Source: a candidate division FCPU426 bacterium (GTDB lineage Bacteria > Oederibacteriota > PGYV01 > Palsa-1178). From it: a stretch of DNA of 64,000 nt. A program made the translations under genes and the position numbers. The notes under the pieces were generated by a model that did not search any database, had not been told where the DNA came from, and saw nothing but the letters and a program-made list of their open reading frames with translations. The stretch is from contig CAWIXE010000002.1 in NCBI GenBank assembly GCA_963840035.1, positions 1,440,001 to 1,504,000 on the forward strand, written 5' to 3'. Below are positions 19,496-29,076 of the stretch, in pieces. The first letter of the stretch is position 1. The number at the start of each line of letters is the position of its first letter.

Positions 19496-20353
19496 TTATT
19501 TATTTAAAAACGTCAATACTCCCCCAAAAGTTTCCTGCATAATCTTCATAAATCCCTGCTTATAGGTTGTCTTTACTTTTTTGCCTTCCTTATATGATGT
19601 TACCTTGTCAAGTTTTCCCTTAATATCATAGAATAGAATATCGCCTTCAGGGTTCCCTTTGACGTACTGCCCTTCCTGGGCCAGTATCCCGGCGTCATCC
19701 GTCATCTTATAATAGCCATCAAGTTTTCCATCCTTATATTTGCCTTCCAGGTTTACCTTGCCATTGGGGTGATATGAGACATATGGGCCGTTCTCAACCC
19801 CGTTTTTATAAACAAAATCCTCAAACACATTGCCTTTTTCATAATAAAAAGTCTTTGCCCTGCCTTCAAGCAGGCCGTTTATATAAGTCCCCTGAAACTT
19901 CATCATGCCGTTGGAATAATACTGGATGAAAGGGCCTGCAGTTTTCTTCTTAACTACAGAGCCTTCTTCCCGCAGCGGGCCCCCGTCATAATACAGTTTA
20001 TAACTGTAAGTCCGCTCTCCGTCAATATAATTGAAAACCGACTCTATTTTTCCTGATTTTTTGTAATTCCAGGTATACTTCCCGGGCGCGACCTCATTAT
20101 TGCTGAACTTATACGACGCGTTTACAGTGACGCCATCCGCGTTGACAAGGTCCATTTTTACGTTACCGGCAATCTTTTCCCCTTCTTTTACAAGCTTTCC
20201 GTCCTTGTCATTATACCAGCGGGCTATTTCCTTCCCGCCCCTGTAAAAGAACCGGGTCCCGTCCTTTGTCTCGTCAGCCATGCTGGTTACCCCGGCAAAA
20301 GAAATGACCGAGAAAACAAAAAATAGAAATGTTAACAATAATGTCTTTTTCAT
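19496..20353 (-). CDS. secreted MORN-variant repeat protein (YwqK-like)
   Basis: Signal peptide; repeated Y(Y/H)xNG....EG.Y.NG..EG units. Confidence 0.8.
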   Translation of the reverse strand: MKKTLLLTFLFFVFSVISFAGVTSMADETKDGTRFFYRGGKEIARWYNDKDGKLVKEGEKIAGNVKMDLVNADGVTVNASYKFSNNEVAPGKYTWNYKKSGKIESVFNYIDGERTYSYKLYYDGGPLREEGSVVKKKTAGPFIQYYSNGMMKFQGTYINGLLEGRAKTFYYEKGNVFEDFVYKNGVENGPYVSYHPNGKVNLEGKYKDGKLDGYYKMTDDAGILAQEGQYVKGNPEGDILFYDIKGKLDKVTSYKEGKKVKTTYKQGFMKIMQETFGGVLTFLNK

Positions 20354-20446
20354 TTTAATCTCCCTGATTATTGGTGTCCCACATGGAATATTATACTAAA
20401 AACGGGGCTTTATTGGCAAGGTTTTTCATTTAATCGTCAGTGTATA

Positions 20447-20749
20447 TTACCTGTTCCTCACAAAACGTCTTATTCTGTCGAGATACTCAACTATTTCCTC
20501 ATGATGTTCCGCTTCAGGCCAGTTGTTATGCTCGCGGTAAAATTTCGCGAGTTTAATGTTGATTCTTATGTCAAAAGGCCTGGCCTTCTGCCTTTTTATA
20601 AGATTTTTTTCCTCTTCAGCCGCATCAATAACGGTTATTCCGGGTTTATGTGTGCGTTTAACGGCTTTTACGGGATTTATAAAAACAGGCTCTTTTTTAC
20701 TTTTTTTCCCCGGATTTGCCGGGCCCTGGCCTATTATGACTATCGGCAT
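20447..20749 (-). CDS. small hypothetical protein with a single TPR-like helical hairpin
   Basis: ATG 20749 after AGGGGTGG RBS; RPFDIRINIKLAKFY...AE..E.VEYL.RI motif shared with the upstream gene. Confidence 0.65.
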   Translation of the reverse strand: MPIVIIGQGPANPGKKSKKEPVFINPVKAVKRTHKPGITVIDAAEEEKNLIKRQKARPFDIRINIKLAKFYREHNNWPEAEHHEEIVEYLDRIRRFVRNR

Positions 20750-20750
20750 A

Positions 20751-21020
20751 TTAACCACCCCTTTTCGTAAGTCGTTTGATCCTGGACAACATTTCAACCG
20801 CTTCCTGCTCTTCCTCAGCTTTTTCAAAGTAATTAACTGACAGGTAAAGCCTGGCTAATTTTTCATGTACGGTAATATCATATGGCCTTTCTTTTTCCGC
20901 CCTTAATAATGGTTTGATTTTTTCCCTGAATTCCATGAGGTTATATATAAACTCCTGAAGTTTTATGATTTTTTCACTGCCTGTTTCTCCTGCTTTTAGC
21001 GAGTGGTACGTTGCGAACAT
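20751..21020 (-). CDS. small hypothetical protein, paralog of the downstream gene
   Basis: GAGGAGGCGGTG RBS; RPYDITVHEKLARLY...AE..E.VEML.RI. Confidence 0.7.
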   Translation of the reverse strand: MFATYHSLKAGETGSEKIIKLQEFIYNLMEFREKIKPLLRAEKERPYDITVHEKLARLYLSVNYFEKAEEEQEAVEMLSRIKRLTKRGG

Positions 21021-21150
21021 ATTCACCGCCTCCTCTGCTCTTTCTTAATATAAATATAGCATCAGAACCGAATGAATGCGGTGTGGTCTGTCACAGAGGT
21101 TTAGTGAGGAGGGTCACATATCTTTAAAATGTCAATTAATGAGTGTTTAT

Positions 21151-21340
21151 ACTGTTAAGGTGTAATATTCACAATCTGTAACTATGAGGATCTGTTTTGG
21201 TTTATGGAAAGGTTGGTAGCCGCAGCCTTCAGGCTGCGAAAGGGAGCAATCACCGCCTTACGCAACCTAAAGGTTGCGGCTACCAATACACGAACGTCTC
21301 CCGGCAATGAAAGCTAAAGGATGTAGGTCTTGTTAATAGT
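21151..21340. mobile_element. MITE-like shell carrying a GTAG-type REP doublet (21216-21283)
   Basis: Ends ACTGTTAAG / TGTTAATAGT. The internal gtagccgcagccttcaggctgcg...cgcaacctaaaggttgcggctac also occurs at 26209-26268, with a half copy at 18710-18732. Confidence 0.55.
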
Positions 21341-21345
21341 CCAGA

Positions 21346-22338
21346 TTATTTAAGGAACATCTTCCCAAAATAATAGGCCAGGGCCGATATAATAGCCGCG
21401 GCCGGTATTGTCATTATCCACGCCCATACTATATTGCCTGCCATACCCCAGTTAACCGCGCTTTTTCTTTTAAGCGCTCCCACGCCCATTATGGCGCCTG
21501 TGATGGTATGTGTGGTGGAAACCGGGACGCCCATTGAAGACGCGATAAAAAGGCTGATTGCCGCGCTGGTTTCAGCGGCAAAACCGTCAATAGGCTTTAA
21601 TTTTGCCACCTTCTGGCCCATCGTCTTTACAATCCTCCACCCGCCAAGCATGGTGCCAAGCCCGATGGTAACGTAGCACATTATAGCCACCCACGATGGC
21701 ACGGTAAATGTTTTGCCCAACAGCCCGGCGCTGAAAAGAAGTGAAGCGATTATCCCCGCTGTTTTCTGCGCGTCATTACCGCCGTGTCCCATGGAATAAA
21801 ACGCCGCCGACACAAGCTGCCCTTTTCTGAATATATGATCCACGCTCATTGGCGAGGCTTTCCTGAAAGACCAGTATACGATTAGTCCAAGAATCTGCCC
21901 TATGATATACCCGGCCACCGGTGATATGACGATGAACATCGCGGTCTTTGTAATTCCGGACCACATCAGCGCTGAAGGCCCTGTCTTTACAAGCGCCGCG
22001 CCTATCATACCGCCAATCAAAGCGTGGGATGAACTCGAAGGAAGCCCGTAATACCACGTTATTATATTCCATATGCATGCTCCCATAAGAGTGGCAAACA
22101 CCACTGTCTGGTCAATGATATTTATATCAATAATGCCTTTTCCCATGGTTTTCGCGACATGATATCCAAAAAAGAAAAACGCAAGTATGTTAAAGAAAGC
22201 CGCCCATGCGACCGCTTTTCCCGGCGACAACACCCTGGTGGATACAACTGTAGCAATTGAATTTGCCGAGTCATGAAAGCCGTTTAAAAAATCAAACGCG
22301 AGGGCAAGGATTATCAGGAAGATGATTGTTATTGTCAT
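21346..22338 (-). CDS. pit: inorganic phosphate transporter (PiT family), copy 2
   Basis: NGFHDSAN and GHGGNDAQK signatures; PSSSSH and PVSTTH. Confidence 0.95.
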   Translation of the reverse strand: MTITIIFLIILALAFDFLNGFHDSANSIATVVSTRVLSPGKAVAWAAFFNILAFFFFGYHVAKTMGKGIIDINIIDQTVVFATLMGACIWNIITWYYGLPSSSSHALIGGMIGAALVKTGPSALMWSGITKTAMFIVISPVAGYIIGQILGLIVYWSFRKASPMSVDHIFRKGQLVSAAFYSMGHGGNDAQKTAGIIASLLFSAGLLGKTFTVPSWVAIMCYVTIGLGTMLGGWRIVKTMGQKVAKLKPIDGFAAETSAAISLFIASSMGVPVSTTHTITGAIMGVGALKRKSAVNWGMAGNIVWAWIMTIPAAAIISALAYYFGKMFLK

Positions 22339-22385
22339 TAATATGCTCCTTTTTTATTTTTTACATACAGAGCATACAATGATAC

Positions 22386-22424
22386 GGTTATTTTTATGTT
22401 AGATGTTTGTTAAAAACGTGTTAA
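22386..22424 (-). promoter_or_regulatory. Pho-box-like array: four hexamers at 11-bp period (TTAACA, TTAACA, CTAACA, ATAACC)
   Basis: Plus-strand starts 22386, 22397, 22408, 22419; -10-like TATGCT at 22371-22376; directly upstream of pit copy 2. Confidence 0.75.
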
Positions 22425-22435
22425 GAAATGAAGGC

Positions 22436-23428
22436 TTAGGAGAGGAAGAATTTGCCCAGATAATACGCGCCCGCGGACATTAAGGCTGCCGTAGGTATGG
22501 TAATTACCCATCCCCACACTATGCTGCTTACAACACCCCAGCGCACCGCAGACATCCTTTTTATGGAACCTACGCCCATTATAGCCCCTGTTATTGTATG
22601 CGTAGTCGAAACGGGGATACCAAACGCCGATGCCATAAAAAGGCTTCCCGCCGCTGTTGTTTCAGCACAAAACCCATCCACCGGTTTTAACCTGGCCATT
22701 TTCTGGCCCATTGTCTTTACAATCCTCCACCCGCCAAACACGATACCGAGCGATATGGCCCCATAGCACATCAAAGCCACCCATGTAGGTATGATAAATT
22801 CCTTGCCCAGCAGCCCCGCGCTAAAAAGCAGCGACGCAATGATTCCCGCTGTTTTCTGGGCATCATTGCCTCCGTGGCCCATTGAAAAAAGGGCTGAAGA
22901 CAGAAGCTGCCCTCCCCTGAAAAATTTATCCACCTTAGCCGGAGTACTTCGCCGGAAAATCGAATATACAAGCCACGCCACAAATCTTCCAAGAAAAAAT
23001 CCGAGAACAGGCGATATTACAATAAATGCCACGACTTTGATTATTCCCGGGGCAAGCAGCGATCCAGGCCCTGATTTGACTAATGCCGCGCCTATCAACC
23101 CTCCGATTAAAGCGTGTGAAGAGGATGACGGAAGCCCGTAATACCAGGTTATGATGTTCCAGGCGCACGCCCCGACAAGGGCGCCAAAAATGACGGATTG
23201 ATCTATGATACCAAGGTCAACTATTCCTTTTCCCATGGTTTTCGCGACGTGTGAGCCAAAAACAAAAAAAGCCAAAAACTCAAATGACGCCGCCCAAACT
23301 ACCGCCTGTGTGGGCGAAAGGACGCGCGTAGATACGACGGTTGCAATGGCATTTGCCGAATCATGAAAACCATTCAAAAAATCAAATACAAGCGCAAGTA
23401 CTATAAGAAATATTATTGATACAGTCAT
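22436..23428 (-). CDS. pit: inorganic phosphate transporter (PiT family), copy 1
   Basis: Same signatures; close paralog of 21346-22338. Confidence 0.95.
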   Translation of the reverse strand: MTVSIIFLIVLALVFDFLNGFHDSANAIATVVSTRVLSPTQAVVWAASFEFLAFFVFGSHVAKTMGKGIVDLGIIDQSVIFGALVGACAWNIITWYYGLPSSSSHALIGGLIGAALVKSGPGSLLAPGIIKVVAFIVISPVLGFFLGRFVAWLVYSIFRRSTPAKVDKFFRGGQLLSSALFSMGHGGNDAQKTAGIIASLLFSAGLLGKEFIIPTWVALMCYGAISLGIVFGGWRIVKTMGQKMARLKPVDGFCAETTAAGSLFMASAFGIPVSTTHTITGAIMGVGSIKRMSAVRWGVVSSIVWGWVITIPTAALMSAGAYYLGKFFLS

Positions 23429-23505
23429 TTTAACTCCCGTGTATTTTATAATATATTGGTTTCAAGGCTTAAGCCGGCACCTGGAAACATGCTGCGCGCG
23501 CTCTG

Positions 23506-24132
23506 TTATCCCTGCTTTACCAGTATCGTTTCAACCACATGGCCGACTACCTTGCAAATATCAAGGACAGTCTCGGCGTGCTGGTATATTTCCTTCCATT
23601 TAATAAACTCAATCGGGTCTTTTTCATTGTCCACAAGTTCGCCTAAAGCCGAATCCCTGAGCCTGTCTCCCTGGCTTTCATAGGCGCTGACAGCCTTACA
23701 CGCTTCAAGCACCGTTTGTATATTCTTGGTATTACGCAATCCGCGGACAGCTATCGCAAGGGAAAATATGGACTTTTCAATTATATCCGCAAACTCCACA
23801 AGGTTCTTGTTTGGCTTCGTGATCCTGTAAACTTTCATCCTGCTTATTATGGTATTTAACATATCATTTACATCGTCGAGTTTCTTTGCCAGGGCATGAA
23901 TATCTTCCCTGTCAAAAGGGGTTATGAAGGTCTTATTAAGGTGGTCTATGATAGCGTACGCCATCTTGTCGCCGTCGTGTTCGATGTCCCTCATGAGTTC
24001 TCGGAACTCAGGCGTCACTTCGCCGTGATGCACTATTTTTTTAAACAACACCGACGCCGCTTCGACATATGTCATTTCCTTGTCAAAAAAATCAAAAAAG
24101 TTGAATTCTTTCGGGAACAGTTTGCTGAGCAT
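23506..24132 (-). CDS. DUF47 phosphate transport regulator (Pit accessory, PhoU-like)
   Basis: IEHDGD, TFITPFDREDI..L...LDD, KWKEIY...E...D motifs; adjacent to pit. Confidence 0.92.
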   Translation of the reverse strand: MLSKLFPKEFNFFDFFDKEMTYVEAASVLFKKIVHHGEVTPEFRELMRDIEHDGDKMAYAIIDHLNKTFITPFDREDIHALAKKLDDVNDMLNTIISRMKVYRITKPNKNLVEFADIIEKSIFSLAIAVRGLRNTKNIQTVLEACKAVSAYESQGDRLRDSALGELVDNEKDPIEFIKWKEIYQHAETVLDICKVVGHVVETILVKQG

Positions 24133-24296
24133 TGTATTACCTCCGGTAAATTATTGTCAACTGGCAGAATATATCACAGCAATCCATCTCCGTCAAGCCA
24201 CCGGCCCAATAATTAACCATTTCTTAACAATCGATATTTTTGGATTTATTGGCATTATAAAGTACTTTTTAGCGGCACTTGATGAATTCAATTTGT

Positions 24297-24470
24297 CCTG
24301 TTAAGAAGATGCGTTTACAGTTTGTCATTGCGAGGAGCCGTTGTTGGCTTATGGCGACGAAGCAATCTCGTTTTCTCCTTCTGGAACAGCGAGATTGCTT
24401 CGTCGGCAAAAAACAAAAACGCCTCCTCGCAATGACAAGCCTAAGACCGTATACAGAACGTGTTAACAGC
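24297..24470. mobile_element. MITE-like element with GTCATTGCGAGG...CTCGCAATGAC palindromic core (24324-24436)
   Basis: Near full-length homology, including flanks, to 47732-47909; ends CTGTTAAG / TGTTAACAG. Confidence 0.75.
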
Positions 24471-24561
24471 ACAGTCGACCGACAATTTTAATCCCATAAT
24501 AATCCTTGAAAAACAGGGCTTATTTCCATATAATAATAACATCAAATTCGAAAGGAAAAAA

Positions 24562-25512
24562 ATGGAAAAACTAAAGGTAAGTTTCGTATTAAAACTTGTT
24601 GTGACCGGGCTGATATTATCCGCTGTGACAGCCGCCCTGGTCATGAAAATAATCTTCGCTGTCAGCACTATCAACATGCCTGATTTTACCGGCACAGACC
24701 TTGAAAAGGCCAGAATAACATGCGCCAGGATGCATATTGACCTGAAAGTTGACGACGAAGTTTTTTCAAGTTTTTACCCCGCGGGCTCCATTATGCAGCA
24801 GGATGTAAAAAAAGGCACGCAGATCAAAAAAGGCCGCACTTTCTATGTTATAGTCAGCAAAGGCTCAAAGATTCTTTCCATCCCGGATATCACAAACCTT
24901 CAGAAATCAAAAGCCCTTGTGGAGCTTAAAAACAGCGGCCTTAATGAAGGATATGAAACTGTCATCACCTCGAATGTATTTAAGGAAGACACTTTAATAG
25001 CCCAGTCCCCGGCGCCGGGACAGGAAGTGCCTGCCGGCTTAAGCATTAACTTCCTGCGCTCCTCCGGGAAAAGGGAGCAAAATTTCTTGATGCCCGACTT
25101 TTCCGGCAGGGATGCTTTCACCTCCTTTAACAGCATGCGCAAAGCCGGCCTTTTGATAGAAAAACTTGATGTTGAGGAAAACGAGACGCTTGCTTCCGGC
25201 ACAATCATTGGCCAGCAACCGGCCCCCGGCTCGATGGTAAATAAAAAAACGCCGATCACCATAAAAGCCGGCGTATCAGCCACTGACGCCAAACTTAAAA
25301 AACGCACCATAAAAATATCATTTACAAACCCCGCGCAGGTGCCTCAGCTCGTGCGTATCAATGTAATGAGCTTAAACGGCAGTGAAACCGTATTCAACGA
25401 GGTAGCCGAACCGGGCGGGGTTGTGGACGTTAATGCGGCCATCAGGGGCGGAGCTATTGTGCAGATATTTAACGGCACTGAACTCGTAAAAGAAACGGAG
25501 TACGCCGACTAA
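24562..25512 (+). CDS. PASTA-domain membrane protein (3 PASTA repeats, no kinase domain)
   Basis: N-terminal TM; MPDFTG, IPDITN, MPDFSG repeats with Q.P.PG; ATG 24562 after AAGGA. Confidence 0.85.
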   Translation: MEKLKVSFVLKLVVTGLILSAVTAALVMKIIFAVSTINMPDFTGTDLEKARITCARMHIDLKVDDEVFSSFYPAGSIMQQDVKKGTQIKKGRTFYVIVSKGSKILSIPDITNLQKSKALVELKNSGLNEGYETVITSNVFKEDTLIAQSPAPGQEVPAGLSINFLRSSGKREQNFLMPDFSGRDAFTSFNSMRKAGLLIEKLDVEENETLASGTIIGQQPAPGSMVNKKTPITIKAGVSATDAKLKKRTIKISFTNPAQVPQLVRINVMSLNGSETVFNEVAEPGGVVDVNAAIRGGAIVQIFNGTELVKETEYAD

Positions 25513-26175
25513 ATGAGAAAAGTGATGCTTTCCCCTTCCATTCTTGATACAAACATAGTTGAAATTAAAACCACCATGGGAATATTAAACAGGGCCAAAG
25601 CTGAGTATGTCCATTTTGACATTATGGACGGGAACTTTGTCCCGGCGCTTACTTACGGCGCAAAGATCATGAAGCCCCTCCGGTCGCTTACCTCCATCAA
25701 GTTTGACACGCACCTTATGATAAACAACCCTGAAAAGTACGCTGACGGTTTTATTGAAGCCGGCGCCGACCTTATCATGGCCCATCAGGAAGCGGTTAAG
25801 GATATAGATTCTTTTATAAAACAGATTAAAAGCCAGGGCAGGCTCGTCGGGCTGTCAATTAAACCCAATACCCCGGCTGATACTCTCTTTAAGTTCATGG
25901 ACAGGATCGATATGGTGCTTGTAATGAGCGTTGAACCCGGATTCGGCGGCCAGAAATTCATGCCTGCGTCCCTGGAAAAAGTAAAAACCTACAGAAAAAT
26001 AATAGATGACAATAAATACAACTGCCTGATAGAAATTGACGGCGGCATAAATGTTGAAAACGCCCCGCTTGCCGCTGCTGCGGGAGCTGATGTGCTTGTC
26101 GCAGGCAGCGCGGTTTTCGGCGCCAAAGACCCGGAACAGGCCATTTACGCGTTAAGGACAGCGGCAAATAAGTAA
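25513..26175 (+). CDS. rpe: ribulose-phosphate 3-epimerase
   Basis: SPSIL, HFDIMDGNFVP, DTHLMI, MSVEPGFGGQKF, IDGGIN, VAGSAVF. Confidence 0.97.
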   Translation: MRKVMLSPSILDTNIVEIKTTMGILNRAKAEYVHFDIMDGNFVPALTYGAKIMKPLRSLTSIKFDTHLMINNPEKYADGFIEAGADLIMAHQEAVKDIDSFIKQIKSQGRLVGLSIKPNTPADTLFKFMDRIDMVLVMSVEPGFGGQKFMPASLEKVKTYRKIIDDNKYNCLIEIDGGINVENAPLAAAAGADVLVAGSAVFGAKDPEQAIYALRTAANK

Positions 26176-26208
26176 AACCATTCGTTTAAAAAATCAAATA
26201 TCAACTTT

Positions 26209-26268
26209 GTAGCCGCAGCCTTCAGGCTGCGACACGCTGGCCTTTCGCAACCTGAAGGTTGCGGCTAC
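26209..26268. repeat. GTAG-type REP doublet
   Basis: gtagccgcagccttcaggctgcg...cgcaacctgaaggttgcggctac. Confidence 0.8.
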
Positions 26269-26292
26269 CAGAACCAACATTAAAGGAGCCAC

Positions 26293-27648
26293 ATGTTCGA
26301 AGCAATATCCAGCAAGTTCGACGAGGTTATACGCAAGTTAAAAGGCACTGCCATCATAAACGAGAAAAACATTGAAGACGCCTTAAAAGACATCCGTATG
26401 TCCCTTCTTGAAGCTGATGTAAATTATAAGGTCGTAAAATCCTTCATTGAAAATGTAAAACAAAAAGCCATTGGCGAGTCAGTGCTTAAAGCTGTCTCCC
26501 CGGGCCAGCAGTTCGTTAAAATAGTCCACGAAGAGCTTATCTCCTTCCTTGGCGACCAGGATTCAGCCTTAAACACGTCCAAAAGGCCTGTTATTATCAT
26601 GCTGGCAGGCCTCCAGGGCTCAGGCAAGACCACAACAGCGGCTAAGCTGGCATATTACCTGAAGCATGAAAAGAACATGGATAAAGTCCTCTTAATAGGC
26701 GCTGACACGTACAGGCCGGCGGCAAAGGAACAGCTGGAAAAACTCAGTAAGCAGGTTGGTGTTTCCTTTTATACGGAGCCGCATAATGACGCGGTAAAAA
26801 TAGCCGTAAACGGTTATAAAGAACTTGAAATGAAGGTTTATGACGCCATCATTGTGGACACCGCAGGCAGGCTCCACATAGACGAAGCCATGATAGAAGA
26901 ACTGAAGGTCACAAAATCAAAAATTCCCTTCACCGAGATACTCCTGGTGGCCGACGCCATGCTTGGCCAGGAATCTGTTAACGTGGCAAAAAGCTTCAAT
27001 GAAGCTCTCGGCATTACCGGGCTTATACTTACAAAAATAGACGGCGATGCCAGGGGCGGCGCCGCGCTTTCAATGAAGCACACCGCCAATGTTCCAATTA
27101 AATTCCTCGGAACTGGCGAAAAAATTGAAAAACTTGAGCCTTTCCACCCCGACAGGCTCGCCTCCAGAATCCTGGGCATGGGAGATATTGTTTCCCTCGT
27201 GGAAAAAGTCCAGAAGTCCTTTTCAGCTGACGAAGCGAAAAAAGCTGAGGAGAGAATGCGCAAAGCCACATTCACCCTTGAGGACTTCCTCGAGCAGATG
27301 AAAATGATGAAAAATATGGGCCCCCTTGATGAAATGCTTAAAATGATACCGGGCGCCTCCAAGATGAACCTGCAGAACGTAAAAGTTGACGAAAACGAAA
27401 TGAAGCGCACCGAGGCCATGATACTGTCCATGACACGCAGGGAGCGCCTTAAACCCGAGATTATAGATATGAAACGCAGGGTAAGGATAGCAAGGGGCAG
27501 CGGCACCACCCCGGAAAAGGTAAACAAGCTTTTGAAACAGTTCGCCCAGGCGAGGAAAATGATGAAATCAATGTCCCGCCGCAGACACGGAGGAAACGGC
27601 TTCCCCGGCATGGGAGGAATGGGCGGCATGAAGTTCCCCGGTATGTAA
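26293..27648 (+). CDS. ffh: signal recognition particle protein
   Basis: LLEADV, GLQGSGKTT, DTAGRL, TKIDGDARGGAALS, Met-rich M domain. Confidence 0.98.
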   Translation: MFEAISSKFDEVIRKLKGTAIINEKNIEDALKDIRMSLLEADVNYKVVKSFIENVKQKAIGESVLKAVSPGQQFVKIVHEELISFLGDQDSALNTSKRPVIIMLAGLQGSGKTTTAAKLAYYLKHEKNMDKVLLIGADTYRPAAKEQLEKLSKQVGVSFYTEPHNDAVKIAVNGYKELEMKVYDAIIVDTAGRLHIDEAMIEELKVTKSKIPFTEILLVADAMLGQESVNVAKSFNEALGITGLILTKIDGDARGGAALSMKHTANVPIKFLGTGEKIEKLEPFHPDRLASRILGMGDIVSLVEKVQKSFSADEAKKAEERMRKATFTLEDFLEQMKMMKNMGPLDEMLKMIPGASKMNLQNVKVDENEMKRTEAMILSMTRRERLKPEIIDMKRRVRIARGSGTTPEKVNKLLKQFAQARKMMKSMSRRRHGGNGFPGMGGMGGMKFPGM

Positions 27649-27660
27649 CCGGACATAAAT

Positions 27661-27691
27661 AAAAAAAGCGGGCTTATCGCCCGCTTTTTTT
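27661..27691. terminator. bidirectional intrinsic terminator
   Basis: aaaaaaagcgggc-ttatc-gcccgcttttttt between convergent genes. Confidence 0.85.
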
Positions 27692-27706
27692 ATTTAATAA
27701 GTTAAT

Positions 27707-28498
27707 TTATTCTGTTTTTTCTCCGGCGCCGGTATCTTCTTTCTCTTCCCCGCCCACTGCCCAGTCATAATTCAGCGTCAGCGAAAACATCACATCATTT
27801 TTGTAGTTGTCACTGAGTTTTAACTGCCCGAAAAGCGCCGGTGTCAGTGTATAATCGCCGATGCTGTAATTGCCGTATATATTAAGGCTGGCAACAGTGA
27901 ACCTTGCCCCTTCTTCTAACGGTTCGTGCGTATCCTCATCGAACCTTGTTGGCTCATTGAAATTTAGCCCAGCGGTAAATGCCGCTCCGGCCGCCACAGA
28001 ACCTCCCGCCATCTCCCCGAATTCCATTTCGTGAGATAGCCCCATTTCCATATAATTATAAGTACCCGGCTTAATGGAGTGGCTCCATGAAATATACGGG
28101 TTTGATATGACATCCCCTGTAAGCGTCAGGCTGATTTCGTCATCTTCAGACACTATGAACGGGTATCCGTATGGCCCCACATAATATGAGGCTAAACCTG
28201 CCCTTAAAGATAGGATTTCAACCCACGGGATTTTATGTTCGTATGTGAGGTAATAATCAAACTCGTCGACTGCTTCGTTGTTAACATCCGAATCTGCGGA
28301 AGCCCACAAAATGGCGGAAATCCCCTCAAAAGAGATACTCATACCCGGCTGTATGCAGGCGTTGTGGTTTAACAGCTGGCCCCTCCACAGGTATTTGCTT
28401 ACACCGGCCGCGTAGATGCTTCCTTCCAGGCCTTCCGCGTAAGAAACGCATGCAAAGAGCATTACAAACGCAACTACAGATAACAGAATTTTTCTCAT
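27707..28498 (-). CDS. outer-membrane beta-barrel (TorF/TIGR02001-like putative porin)
   Basis: Signal peptide; SKYLWRG...IQPG, E.DY motifs. Confidence 0.7.
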   Translation of the reverse strand: MRKILLSVVAFVMLFACVSYAEGLEGSIYAAGVSKYLWRGQLLNHNACIQPGMSISFEGISAILWASADSDVNNEAVDEFDYYLTYEHKIPWVEILSLRAGLASYYVGPYGYPFIVSEDDEISLTLTGDVISNPYISWSHSIKPGTYNYMEMGLSHEMEFGEMAGGSVAAGAAFTAGLNFNEPTRFDEDTHEPLEEGARFTVASLNIYGNYSIGDYTLTPALFGQLKLSDNYKNDVMFSLTLNYDWAVGGEEKEDTGAGEKTE

Positions 28499-28545
28499 TA
28501 TTCCCTCCCTTGTTTATTTAACTAATAATATCATATACTATTTCC

Positions 28546-29064
28546 TCAGTCAACCCGGCGGGTTTCCTTAACCCCGGCTTTTTTCATGAATAAACCTGCC
28601 GTATATACGACAGCCATAAACCCAAAAGAAACGAGGCAATAAAGCCTTAACGCAGCCGGCGAAATATGGCCGTAAAACGGGTTTGTATCATACGGGTATA
28701 ACGGCATTATGTCGGTATATAAAAAAGAATCAAGGACAACATGCAGCAGCGCGCCGGATAAAGCCCCGGCAATGATTTGAGTAATACCATTTTCCTGCCC
28801 GAGTTTAAATATGCGCATGACTGAATTAACCGGTTTTTTTATCGGCAGATAAAAAATGGAAAAAAGAAGGGCCACTATTATTGCCCCCACTAAAGTGTGG
28901 GAAAAACCGTGTTCAGGGTAATGCCTGATATGAAAAGTTATCACCGTAAGCGGCTCTAGATCCATAAAAACATTTACAAGCATAAACGCAGGCAGGCTTA
29001 CCCAGCGCCTGAAAACAACTCCCAGAAAACCTGTAGGCCCGAAATGGTATGGTGTAAAAGGCAT
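28546..29064 (-). CDS. membrane metal-binding hydrolase-like protein (DUF4184/YdjM-like)
   Basis: MPFTPYH, D.EP, HGFSHT, HVVLDSF...D..PLYP. Confidence 0.75.
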   Translation of the reverse strand: MPFTPYHFGPTGFLGVVFRRWVSLPAFMLVNVFMDLEPLTVITFHIRHYPEHGFSHTLVGAIIVALLFSIFYLPIKKPVNSVMRIFKLGQENGITQIIAGALSGALLHVVLDSFLYTDIMPLYPYDTNPFYGHISPAALRLYCLVSFGFMAVVYTAGLFMKKAGVKETRRVD

Positions 29065-29076
29065 CCAGCCTCCCCT

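Noticed and set aside
19496..20353. Toxin-antitoxin module (YwqK-like)
   Set aside because: Generic MORN-variant repeats with a signal peptide and no adjacent toxin gene.
24562..25512. PknB/PrkC Ser/Thr kinase pseudogene
   Set aside because: No kinase remnant upstream; kinase-less PASTA proteins next to rpe are plausible intact genes.
26176..26292. SRP RNA next to ffh
   Set aside because: The hairpins are a GTAG REP doublet repeated elsewhere; no SRP domain IV motif.
26838..27656. Long antisense ORFs (also 35522-36292, 39475-40293, 49027-49686, 58623-59312)
   Set aside because: Shadow frames opposite well-supported genes, with no motifs of their own.
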